Shown piece by piece: positions 26,956 through 35,734 of a stretch of 54,451 nucleotides of DNA (positions within the stretch are counted from its first letter, which is position 1; every line of letters begins with the position of its first letter). The notes beneath the pieces are model-generated. The model made no database searches and was not told where the DNA came from. It saw only the letters and a list, made by a program, of their open reading frames with translations. The position numbers and the translations under genes are program-made. Source of the stretch: Deltaproteobacteria bacterium (GTDB lineage: Bacteria > Myxococcota > Myxococcia > Myxococcales > JAHFDP01); the NCBI GenBank assembly GCA_023248955.1, contig JAHFDP010000020.1, forward strand, positions 1 to 54,451, given 5' to 3'.

Positions 26956-29900
26956 ATGAAGATCGCCTGCCCCCAGTGTCAAGCGTCGTACGATCTCGAC
27001 GAGACCCGCATTCCCGCGGCGGGGCTCACCATCAAATGTCCGCGATGCACGACGAGTTTTCCGGTGAAGCGTGTGGCGCCGGAACCAGAAGTGGTGCCGT
27101 TACCGGCAGCACTCGAGGAGCCGCCACCAGCGCCCGCGTTTTTTCCGCAGTCGCGCGCGCCGGTCGAATTATCGGACGATTTGGAGCTCGCGGATTGGGA
27201 GCAGAATTCGCCAGCGCCTGCGCCGTCGATCGAAAGCGACGTGAGCGCGGCGGCGGTGTTCGAGATCCACCCCGTGGTTAGCGAACCCACCGCCTCTCTC
27301 GAGAGCGAATGGGAAATGCCGCCGATGGAGGTCACCGAAGAGCCGGCGGTGGCGCCGCTCGAGCTTGTGCCAATAGCGGTTCTGGAAGAAGCGGCCGCGC
27401 CCGCTCCCGCGCCCGAAAATCTCGAGCTGCTCGATTTCGTTGACGAGCCGCTAACCACTGCCCCGCCTTCGCTTTCGTTTTTGGTTCGTCGCAAGAATGG
27501 AAAATTGTTTGGCCCGTTCGAGCCGCCCGCGATTTTGAGCATGATTCAGGCCGGCCAGTTGCTCGGTAACGAGGACGTTTCTGTCAACGCCGAACAGTGG
27601 GAGCCACTTGCGGAGCATGCGCTTTTCGCCGAGGCCGCGCAGGCTGCTGACGTAGCGCGAAAGGAGAAAGAGAAACCGGTCGTGCACGTGGCGCCGCTGG
27701 TGATTCGTGCGCCGTCGCCTGAGGAAGTCGCCGCGGAAGAGAAATTTTTTACAAAGGAGACGGTCCCGCGTCGTTCGCGCACGAAGCGACTGATCGTTGT
27801 GGGCGCGACCGTGGTTGGGGTGGTGGCCTTGGGCGTGGTGGTCCTCATGGAGACTTCCTTGGGCACGCATCTGATGTCGCGGTTCCGATCGCACCACGCG
27901 CCGGCCGCGGTGCTTTTGCAGGTGAACAAGTCACTCGACGAAGACACATTGCGATCTTATCGAAAGGCGTTGGAGCTGATTGCGCCCGCGCTCGACACCA
28001 GCCCCGATGATCCCGACGCGCAGTGGCTTTTTTGCAAAACGGCGTTCACGCTCAAGCGGCTGTATGCGGTCGCGGACGGCGTCGAGCGCGCCGTGGCGCT
28101 CGCCAAGAATGCGGATGATTCCTCCGCGCAGGGTGGAAAAATGAAAGCCGCGTGGCAGTTTGCAGGCGGCGATTCAGCGCAGGCGCGCAAGCTCACGGAC
28201 AGTCTTGCTCCGAAGTTTCCGAACGATGTCGATCTCGCCGCGCTTCAGGCGGAAGTGCTCCTGAAGGCCAGCGATTTGAACAACGCCGCGAAAGCCGCCG
28301 AGCGAGGATTGGCGCAGAAGGAGGGCAGCACCGCGCAACTCTTCGCGCTGCGTGCGGAGATCGCACGCGTCGCCAAGAATGTGGCCGCTGCGCGAACGTT
28401 TGCGGAAAAAGCGCTGGTGGCCAATCCGCATCATGGGCGGACGTTACTGCTGCTCGCCGCGCTGGAATTGGACGCGGGCAATATCGCCGTCGCCTCGCCG
28501 TACCTCGATCGGTTGTTCGGTGAATCGCGCAAAGAGTTGGACGGCGCCGAAGAGGCGCGCGCGCACGCGCTCAAGGGACGCGTGTTGGCGTTGACGCACA
28601 ACGCGGTCGCGGCCCAAAAGGAGTTCGAGCGCGCGTTGCAACTCGATCCCTCCTCGCCGCGCGCGCATTACCTCTACGGTTTTTTTCTTTTGCGCCGGCA
28701 CGACTATGTGAATGCGACTGCACAGCTTGCGCCGATCGCCAACGAAGGAGCGCTCGATTACGCCGACGCCTACGTGCGCGCACTGCTCGGCGGTGGACGT
28801 TATCTCGATGCCTCAAAAGCGTTGGAGGAGGCGGAGTCAAGAAATCCGGGCGCGCCTCCGCTTACGTTCTTGCAGGGAAAGCTCGCGGATAGCGCTGGGC
28901 GCAACGAAGAGGCTGCCAAACTCTACCAACAAGCGATCGATCAGAAACCCGATTTCGCGGAGGCGCGCGCGGCGCTCGCCAACTTCGCGCTGACGGCCGG
29001 TGATCTCGTCAAAGCCAAGGAGCAGCTCGATGCGGCGCTCGCGAAAGCACCGAATGATTCGGCGGTGCAGTCGGTTCTGGGCGCCTTTTATCTGCGGAGC
29101 AAGGACCGCGCCGAACAGGAAAAAGGGAAAGCCGCGTATGAGCTCGGCCTCGAAAAAGATCCCGACGATCCGGATCTGCACGTTGGGCTTGGGCGCGCGC
29201 TTTCTCAGCTTGGTGATCAAGAGGGCGCGCGCAAAGAGATGGAGCGAGCGATCGCGCTCAGCGTCGACGACCCGCGCGTGTTGCAAGACTATGGCGATGT
29301 TCTGCGTGCGTGTGGCCGGTTGGACGAAGCGGCGGTGGTCATCAGGAAAGCGCTCGAGCTCGATCCGAAAAGCGATCGTGCGCGCGGATTGTTGGGTGCC
29401 GTCCTTTGCGACAAAGGTGATTTTGCGGGGGCCCTGGAGCAGCTCGGCGCCGCGGTCAACATGAACGATCGCGCGCCGGAGTCCTGGTTTTATCTGGGCG
29501 TTGCGCAAGCGGGAAAGGGCGACTTGGCGCAGGCGATCGAATCGACCAAGCGCGCACTCGAGTTGAAAGACGATTTGCCGCAGGGGTGGCTCAAGCTCGG
29601 ATTGCTCCACGAAAAAGGAAATCAGCTGGCGGATGCAGCGGTGGCTTACAAAAAACAGATCGATCACAACGACGATGCGGACACCGAGGAGCATCTCGGC
29701 AACGTGCTCTTTACACAGAACGCGTTCGAGGGGGCTATTGCGGCTTTTCGCAATTCCTACAGGCTGGATCAGACCCGTCACCGCTTGCTTGTTCGCATCG
29801 GAGAAGCCGAGTTGGCCGGGGGCGATCCGGAAAAAGCGATCAAGACTTTTTCCGACGCGCTCAAGCACGATCCTTCGCTCAAGCAGGTTCACGCCAACCT

Positions 29901-30135
29901 CGGTCGCGCCTACATCGCGCTTCAGCGCACCCAGGATGGCGTTGCCGAACTGGAGCGCGCCCGCGAAGCTACCCCTGACAACGCGCAGGTCCTCTACGAA
30001 CTTGGATTCGCCTACAAAGATCTCGGACAGAAGCAGAAAGCGTTGCAAGCGTTTCAAGCGTTCGTGAAGACAAAGGCTCCAGGCGACGATCTCAAAGAAG
30101 CGCAAGATCAGATTTTGTTTTTGCAGCAGAACTGA
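26956..30135 (+). CDS. Zinc-ribbon (MJ0042-type CxxC..CxxC) / single-TM / TPR-repeat protein
   Basis: 'MKIACPQCQASYDL...IKCPRCTTSF', TM helix 'LIVVGATVVGVVALGVVVL', then ~20 TPR units. ATG 26956 preferred over TTG 26848. Confidence 0.8.
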   Translation: MKIACPQCQASYDLDETRIPAAGLTIKCPRCTTSFPVKRVAPEPEVVPLPAALEEPPPAPAFFPQSRAPVELSDDLELADWEQNSPAPAPSIESDVSAAAVFEIHPVVSEPTASLESEWEMPPMEVTEEPAVAPLELVPIAVLEEAAAPAPAPENLELLDFVDEPLTTAPPSLSFLVRRKNGKLFGPFEPPAILSMIQAGQLLGNEDVSVNAEQWEPLAEHALFAEAAQAADVARKEKEKPVVHVAPLVIRAPSPEEVAAEEKFFTKETVPRRSRTKRLIVVGATVVGVVALGVVVLMETSLGTHLMSRFRSHHAPAAVLLQVNKSLDEDTLRSYRKALELIAPALDTSPDDPDAQWLFCKTAFTLKRLYAVADGVERAVALAKNADDSSAQGGKMKAAWQFAGGDSAQARKLTDSLAPKFPNDVDLAALQAEVLLKASDLNNAAKAAERGLAQKEGSTAQLFALRAEIARVAKNVAAARTFAEKALVANPHHGRTLLLLAALELDAGNIAVASPYLDRLFGESRKELDGAEEARAHALKGRVLALTHNAVAAQKEFERALQLDPSSPRAHYLYGFFLLRRHDYVNATAQLAPIANEGALDYADAYVRALLGGGRYLDASKALEEAESRNPGAPPLTFLQGKLADSAGRNEEAAKLYQQAIDQKPDFAEARAALANFALTAGDLVKAKEQLDAALAKAPNDSAVQSVLGAFYLRSKDRAEQEKGKAAYELGLEKDPDDPDLHVGLGRALSQLGDQEGARKEMERAIALSVDDPRVLQDYGDVLRACGRLDEAAVVIRKALELDPKSDRARGLLGAVLCDKGDFAGALEQLGAAVNMNDRAPESWFYLGVAQAGKGDLAQAIESTKRALELKDDLPQGWLKLGLLHEKGNQLADAAVAYKKQIDHNDDADTEEHLGNVLFTQNAFEGAIAAFRNSYRLDQTRHRLLVRIGEAELAGGDPEKAIKTFSDALKHDPSLKQVHANLGRAYIALQRTQDGVAELERAREATPDNAQVLYELGFAYKDLGQKQKALQAFQAFVKTKAPGDDLKEAQDQILFLQQN

Positions 30136-30143
30136 GGGCGGCC

Positions 30144-30785
30144 ATGCAAGGCGATATGGACATCGTCGATCCGCTGATTGAGGAATACCTCACGCGGCTT
30201 TCGCCTTCGCCGGATCCCGTCGAAACGGAGATGAGGCGGTTCGCGGACGAGCGCGGTGGATTTCCAATCATCGGTCCGTTGGTGGGGCAGCTGCTCTCGC
30301 ATTACGCGCAGGCCATCGGCGCGCGGCGCGTCTTCGAGTTGGGGAGCGGTTTTGGCTACTCGGCGTTTTGGCTCGCGCGCGCGGTGGGTCCAGACGGGCA
30401 TGTGGTGCTCACGGAGACCGATCCCGAACACGTGCGCCGTGCGCGCGATTTTTTGGCACAAGCTGCTCTGCTGGATCGTTGCCGCATCGAAAACAGCGAT
30501 GCGCTTTCGCATCTTGAAAAAGCTGGCGAGCAGGATCTCATCTTTGTGGACATCGAGAAGGCCGACTATCCCAAGGCGTTCGCGCTTGCGCTGCCGCGTT
30601 TGCGAAAAGGCGGCCTTCTGATCGCCGACAACGTTCTTTGGGGCGGCGCGGTGGTCCGCGGTGAGCGCGACGCGGCGACCGAAGGGATTCGCGAGTACAT
30701 GCGGTTAATCCACGCGGCGCCCAATTTGCTCTCGGTCGTCATCCCCATTCGTGATGGCGTGGCGGTGTCGCTGCGGATCGGATGA
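30144..30785 (+). CDS. Class-I SAM-dependent O-methyltransferase (family 3, caffeoyl-CoA OMT-like)
   Basis: 'VFELGSGFGYSAFWLARA' SAM motif I and 'IFVDIEKADYP' motif. Confidence 0.8.
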   Translation: MQGDMDIVDPLIEEYLTRLSPSPDPVETEMRRFADERGGFPIIGPLVGQLLSHYAQAIGARRVFELGSGFGYSAFWLARAVGPDGHVVLTETDPEHVRRARDFLAQAALLDRCRIENSDALSHLEKAGEQDLIFVDIEKADYPKAFALALPRLRKGGLLIADNVLWGGAVVRGERDAATEGIREYMRLIHAAPNLLSVVIPIRDGVAVSLRIG

Positions 30786-32107
30786 ACGCGGGCGACGCGG
30801 CGATTGAGATTAAGCGGCTCTCGCGCGAGCGCGGGTTTCTGCTCGTCGGAATTGCTCGTGCTGAAAAATTACCGTCCGCACCGCTCGAACGTTGGCTTGC
30901 ACAAGGGATGCACGCCTCCATGCGTTGGATGGAATCGCGCGTCGATGAGCGACTCGATCCGACGCGCTATTTGCGCGGCGCGCGCTCGGTGGTGGCGGTG
31001 GCGGTGAGTTACGCGCATCCCGATTCGAATCCGGAATCTACTGAGCCGGAAATCCACAGTTGCCGTGGAACCGAGACGGTCAAGCGTGGCCCTTCTGCGA
31101 GGCGCGCAGGAGGGGACTCCCCCGTTACCGGGGGAGATGTCGCGCAGCGACAGAGGGGGGCCGCTTGCGGCGAGCAAGCCCCCGGAAGCGCACTTTTCGG
31201 TGCGCTGAGGAGGCACCGCACGAGCCCGCTATGTGATCGAGCGCTTCCAGCGCCACCAATCGGGCCGGCCGCGCTTCCAACATGCGCGGCAAGCACTGAA
31301 GCAGCCGGGCCGCGCTCGGCCGGCGTAGGTAACGGCAATTGTGGTTTTCCGGCTGAGCTCAACGTCGCGCGTTATGCGCGTGGACGCGACTACCACAACG
31401 TGATTTTGAAACGATTGCGCAAGCTACGGGTCGATTGCGAACGCGCGGTCGGCGGCCACTGGCGCACCAGCGTGGACACAGCGCCGGTCATGGAAAAAGC
31501 TTGGGCCGAGCGCGCGGGACTCGGATGGATCGGAAAGAACGGATGCCTCATCCATCCCGAATGCGGATCGCTGCTGCTGCTCGGAACGCTTATCACCGAC
31601 GTCGAGCTCGCCGCTGACAAGCCGGGCGTCAACCGCTGTGGCAGTTGTCGTCTCTGCATCGATGCTTGTCCCACAGCCGCGATTGTCGAGCCCGGTGTTG
31701 TCGATGCGCGGCGATGCTTGTCGTTCCACACCATCGAATCGCGCGCGGCGATTCCCTTGCCGATCGCGCGCGCCGCCGAAGGGCGTGTCTTCGGTTGTGA
31801 TACATGTCAAGACGTGTGTCCGTGGAACCGATCACCGGAGGGCGATCCCGATGCCGCGCTCGCGCCGCGCCCGGCGCAGTCGGCGTTGAATGTGGAGGAT
31901 GTGCTGGCACTGGATGCGGAGTCATTCACCGCGCGTTATATCGGCACCCCGCTGATGCGTGCAGGTCGCAACGGACTGGTGCGGGCGGCATTGGCCGTGG
32001 CGGCGCGACCGTTGTCGGAGAAAGCGCGCGTGCTCGCGGAGCAGCTCGCCGAGAATGATCCCTCCGAAGTTATTCGCGCACACGCGCGTGAGGCACTCGG
32101 CGCGTGA
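30782..32107 (+). CDS. queG: Epoxyqueuosine reductase QueG carrying an in-frame ~105-aa insertion derived from a MITE
   Basis: QueG blocks 'YAHPD', 'ARYARGRDYHNVILKRL', 'GLGWIGKNGCLIHPECGSLLLLGTLITD', 'CGSCRLCIDACPTAAI', 'CDTCQDVCPWN'. The repeat element lies between 'YAHPDSNPES' and 'ARYARGRDYH', and the ORF stays open through it. Confidence 0.75.
   Translation: MNAGDAAIEIKRLSRERGFLLVGIARAEKLPSAPLERWLAQGMHASMRWMESRVDERLDPTRYLRGARSVVAVAVSYAHPDSNPESTEPEIHSCRGTETVKRGPSARRAGGDSPVTGGDVAQRQRGAACGEQAPGSALFGALRRHRTSPLCDRALPAPPIGPAALPTCAASTEAAGPRSAGVGNGNCGFPAELNVARYARGRDYHNVILKRLRKLRVDCERAVGGHWRTSVDTAPVMEKAWAERAGLGWIGKNGCLIHPECGSLLLLGTLITDVELAADKPGVNRCGSCRLCIDACPTAAIVEPGVVDARRCLSFHTIESRAAIPLPIARAAEGRVFGCDTCQDVCPWNRSPEGDPDAALAPRPAQSALNVEDVLALDAESFTARYIGTPLMRAGRNGLVRAALAVAARPLSEKARVLAEQLAENDPSEVIRAHAREALGA
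31041..31357 (+). mobile_element. MITE-like element copy A (~317 bp, ~25-bp terminal inverted repeats CTGAGCCGGAAATCCACAGTTGCCG / CGGCAATTGTGGTTTTCCGGCTGAG), inside queG
   Basis: Near-identical (~90%) to the reverse complement of 45878-46196. Terminal inverted repeats read directly from the sequence. Boundaries +/-2 nt. Confidence 0.75.
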
Positions 32108-32985
32108 ATCGTCCACCACGTGCGCTCCTCCTCGCGGCGCTCGTTTTTCAAGCGCTGCTCTCCGCGGGAACTTATTTAGCAGCGGCTTCGGCGATGCATT
32201 CGATCGGCCCCATCGCGCTCACGTTTTTGCGCAACGTCGTCTCGGCTGTGATCTACGCAGCGCTGCTCCCCCTCATGCTCGCACGCGGAAAACGTCTCCC
32301 GCCAAAATCGCTCTGGGCGCGCGTGATCTGGTTGTCGGTTCTAGCGGTGCCCATGAACATGGGGTTTTTTCTCTTCGGCATTCATCGTTCGACACCTTCG
32401 CATGCGGCGTTGCTCTATTCGTTGGCGCCACTCTTCGTGATGCTCGCCGCGCGCGGATCGCTTGGAGAGCGGCTCGTTCCGTCGCGGGTGATCGGTGTTC
32501 TCATCGCGCTCGGCGGAACGCTGTGGCTTCTCTCGCAGCGCGGTGTCGATGCGCCCGAAGCACGCTTCGGTGATCTTTTTATTTTGATTGGCGTGATTGG
32601 TTGGTCGCTCTTTTCTGTACACGGAAAACCGCTCGTTCACGAGGTGGGACCACTCGCAGCGACGGCGTGGCCAATCGTTTTCGGAACGGTGCTCTTTTTA
32701 CCGATTGGTCTATTTGGCGCGGAAACAACCGATTGGATGGCACTTTCAAAGGCCGCCTGGTTCGGCGTTTTTTATCTCGGCGTCATCACCAGCGTGGTGT
32801 CCTATCTCTGCTGGTACTGGGCGCTGCGGTATCTCGATGCGGGGCAAGTGGCGATCTTCACCAACCTGCAGCCGGTGGCCACCGCGGCGCTTTCCTGGTT
32901 GGTGCTTGGCGAGCGAATGAGTCCGTCGTTTGCGGCGAGTGCGGCGCTGGTTCTCTTCGGTGTAGCGCTGGTGCAGCGAGCTTAG
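32104..32985 (+). CDS. EamA/DMT-family transporter (10-TM drug/metabolite exporter)
   Basis: Two EamA halves with about ten hydrophobic helices. GTG start overlaps the queG stop. Confidence 0.8.
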   Translation: MNRPPRALLLAALVFQALLSAGTYLAAASAMHSIGPIALTFLRNVVSAVIYAALLPLMLARGKRLPPKSLWARVIWLSVLAVPMNMGFFLFGIHRSTPSHAALLYSLAPLFVMLAARGSLGERLVPSRVIGVLIALGGTLWLLSQRGVDAPEARFGDLFILIGVIGWSLFSVHGKPLVHEVGPLAATAWPIVFGTVLFLPIGLFGAETTDWMALSKAAWFGVFYLGVITSVVSYLCWYWALRYLDAGQVAIFTNLQPVATAALSWLVLGERMSPSFAASAALVLFGVALVQRA

Positions 32986-33002
32986 CCGGAAAACCACAAG
33001 GC

Positions 33003-33485
33003 TTAGCCGCCGTATTTCCAACCAACATCAGCGAGAAGAAGCGGTCGCGGTGACTCGCTGCGAATGCCCGCTTCGATCACTTCGGCGACGACCACGGCAT
33101 GATCGCCGCCGTCGACGAAGTCGCGCACTTCGCACTCCACCCACGCCGCGCAGTCCGCGAGAATGGGCGCGCCGCTGCGACCGGTTTCGTAAGCAAGGTC
33201 CGCGATGCGGCCGTCCGCGCCAGTCGGGGCGCGAAAAAAAGTCTGCCCAACGGATTTTTGATCAGGACCCAGAAACGAAAGTGCGAATCGACGCTCGCGA
33301 CGTGCGTTGAGCTCCGCCGCGGAACCCATGCGCAGTGCCGCGACGATGAGCGGCGGTTTGAAGGAGGATTGGGTCATCCACGTAACGGTGGCGCCCGCGA
33401 CCTCGCCTCCAGCACCGCGCGTTCCGATCACCGCCGCGCACGACGGGAGCAGGAGCAGCGCTTTCTTTTTCGCTTCTTCATTCAT
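33003..33485 (-). CDS. Flavin reductase-like (FMN-binding split-barrel) protein
   Basis: 'GATVTWMTQSSFKPPLIVAAL' pattern typical of the flavin_reduct domain. ATG at 33485 (MNEEAKKK). Confidence 0.65.
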   Translation of the reverse strand: MNEEAKKKALLLLPSCAAVIGTRGAGGEVAGATVTWMTQSSFKPPLIVAALRMGSAAELNARRERRFALSFLGPDQKSVGQTFFRAPTGADGRIADLAYETGRSGAPILADCAAWVECEVRDFVDGGDHAVVVAEVIEAGIRSESPRPLLLADVGWKYGG

Positions 33486-34498
33486 CGCGTTTCTCGGAGG
33501 GCGTCGGGGAGTCCATCGTGCGAACCGCGCACGCGCACGGGTGCTTCGTTCCAACGCAGCGTTGGACGCATCATTTCCATGCGCTGTGGATGGAGCGGAA
33601 AGAAGCAACGGTTCTGCGGATGCTGTTCCCCCATCACGATTAGTCGCACGGGTTGCCGCGTGTTGTTGATCGCGGTGTGGGCGATTCCCGTTCCCGGCGC
33701 GAAGGCCACCGCGTCACCTTCCGCGAGTCGATGCAGCTCGCCATCGATCCATAGATCGGGAGCCCCCTCGAGGACGTAGACGAATTCCTCTTCGAGCTCT
33801 TCGGCATGTGGCAAGCTAGTGCGACGGCCCGGCGGCACGAGCTCGTGATGAACACCGACGCGCGAAAGCCCCAGCGGTCGCGACAGCGGCGTGCCGCAGC
33901 TAAACGCTTCGTTGCTGTTCGGATAGTGACCGATTTCCGATGTGAGATCGCTGACGTGCCGAATGAACGAAGGCCGATCGATCGCGGCCTGCGAAAAAAT
34001 TTCCCCGCGTAGCAGATTCGAGAGCCCATCGTGCGCACCGAGTGGGCGCTGCGGTGCGTCGTTCCACCACTGCTCGGGCTTGAGCTGCTCTTGGCGAATC
34101 GGATTGCACGGATAGGTGATGCGACTGTGCGCGAAATTTTCGCCGATGCCGAGCAGCCGAACCGGTGCATCGGAATTGTTGATCACGCAGTGAGCAATAT
34201 TCGTGAGCGGTAAAAACGCAACCGCGTCTCCGGCGCGTAACCGATGCAGCTCACCGTCGATCCAGACATCGGGCGCGCCTTCGAGAATGTAAGCGAACTC
34301 TTCCTCGAGCTCTTCCGCATGGGGCCAGCTCGATCGCTCACCCGGCATCAAAAGCTGGTGATTGACGCCGATGCGCGGCAATCCGAGCGGTGCCGCCAGC
34401 GGCGTGGTGCGGCCTTGTTCTTCGGCGCTGCCGGGATAGCGAAATTTCTTACTCGGCAAATCGCGAACGTTGCCAATGAACGGCGGCCGCGCGGACAC
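33482..34498 (-). CDS. Bicupin protein (two tandem cupin domains)
   Basis: An internal duplication: 'SWPHAEELEEEFAYILEGAPDVWIDGELHRLRAGDAVAF' aligns with 'SLPHAEELEEEFVYVLEGAPDLWIDGELHRLAEGDAVAF'. Confidence 0.75.
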   Translation of the reverse strand: MSARPPFIGNVRDLPSKKFRYPGSAEEQGRTTPLAAPLGLPRIGVNHQLLMPGERSSWPHAEELEEEFAYILEGAPDVWIDGELHRLRAGDAVAFLPLTNIAHCVINNSDAPVRLLGIGENFAHSRITYPCNPIRQEQLKPEQWWNDAPQRPLGAHDGLSNLLRGEIFSQAAIDRPSFIRHVSDLTSEIGHYPNSNEAFSCGTPLSRPLGLSRVGVHHELVPPGRRTSLPHAEELEEEFVYVLEGAPDLWIDGELHRLAEGDAVAFAPGTGIAHTAINNTRQPVRLIVMGEQHPQNRCFFPLHPQRMEMMRPTLRWNEAPVRVRGSHDGLPDALRETR

Positions 34499-35716
34499 TT
34501 ACCGACCGTGCCCGCCGTAACCGATCGTTACACCGAGGAGCAGCGCCGAGAAGTTGTAGGTGGCCGGCAAGAGTCCAACGCCGTCGGCGGTAACCGGCAT
34601 TCCAAGCACGTAGGCCAACGCCACATCGGCGGAGAGGCCCTTCGGTAAATCCATGCCGCCGCCAACGGTGACGGCTACGCGAGAACTGTCGGGAAGCGAC
34701 GGCGAAAGCGTATCCGTGGGTGATGCGCCTTCGTCGAACAGCGCACCCGCCCGCACGCGGTACTTGCCCAACTGATACTCGCCACCGAGTCGGCCAGTGA
34801 GGGAGTGGTGCCAGTTGCGCGGGGAGCTGATGCTGGATTGACACGGTGGACCTGCTTGGCACGGTTGATCCAACGTGACGTCGAAGGACTCGAACGTTTG
34901 CCACGCGGTGTAATCGGCTTGCGCGGAGACGGTGAAATCCTTGTTCACGCGGTACTCGCCGCCGAGGAGAACTTGATCAGGGAACGTCACGCTCGACGTT
35001 GCGCCACCATCTTTCAGGTAGGCCTGAAACGATCCGGGCACGTTCGCGTAGTGGATTTTTCCGGTGATGTCCGTGGTCACCCGCGAGCGGTAGGTGAAGC
35101 CGACCGTGAGATCTTTGTTGATTGGTGCGAGTGCCGAGAGCGCGACGCCCAGGCCGGTGCCCGACCCGACTAGATGCGCTTCTGCAGCTTGGTAGGTGTC
35201 GGAATAGAAGTTGATACCGCGACGGTAATCGACGGACGCATCCAGAAAACGGATCGCCGCGCCGACGAGGACGGGGCCGAGTTTGTACCCACCAGCGACA
35301 GAACCTTCTATGACCTGCAAGTTAATCGAGCGCGTATCGAACTGACCAGGCCAGTTGTCTTTCCATCCGATGCCGAGTCCAAACGGCGCGTTGATACCGA
35401 TGCCGACGCCCCAATCGCTCGTGCCATAGCTCGCGTACAAATGCGGCGGGAAGAAAGTTTTCGGCAACGCGCTGCACCGTGGCGAGCCATCGCACAGTCC
35501 TCTTCCATCGGGAAGATCAGCGGTAACGAACGGCGCGATCACGGTATCGCCGACGAGGACGCGCCAGCCCTTCTGCCCCGCGAGTCCGGCTGGATTGTAA
35601 TAAACGGCGGATGAATCGTCGGCGCGCGCGGCGACCGCGTTGGCCTGACCCAGCGCGGCGGTGTTCTGTTCGGTGATGGCGAAGCCGGCGGCGATCGTGG
35701 TGGCGAGAATCAGCAT
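34499..35716 (-). CDS. FadL/TodX-family outer-membrane transporter for hydrophobic compounds
   Basis: Signal peptide plus 'SAVYYNPAGLA', and beta-barrel periodicity along the whole length. Confidence 0.8.
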   Translation of the reverse strand: MLILATTIAAGFAITEQNTAALGQANAVAARADDSSAVYYNPAGLAGQKGWRVLVGDTVIAPFVTADLPDGRGLCDGSPRCSALPKTFFPPHLYASYGTSDWGVGIGINAPFGLGIGWKDNWPGQFDTRSINLQVIEGSVAGGYKLGPVLVGAAIRFLDASVDYRRGINFYSDTYQAAEAHLVGSGTGLGVALSALAPINKDLTVGFTYRSRVTTDITGKIHYANVPGSFQAYLKDGGATSSVTFPDQVLLGGEYRVNKDFTVSAQADYTAWQTFESFDVTLDQPCQAGPPCQSSISSPRNWHHSLTGRLGGEYQLGKYRVRAGALFDEGASPTDTLSPSLPDSSRVAVTVGGGMDLPKGLSADVALAYVLGMPVTADGVGLLPATYNFSALLLGVTIGYGGHGR

Positions 35717-35734
35717 GGTGATTTGTCCTTCCGG

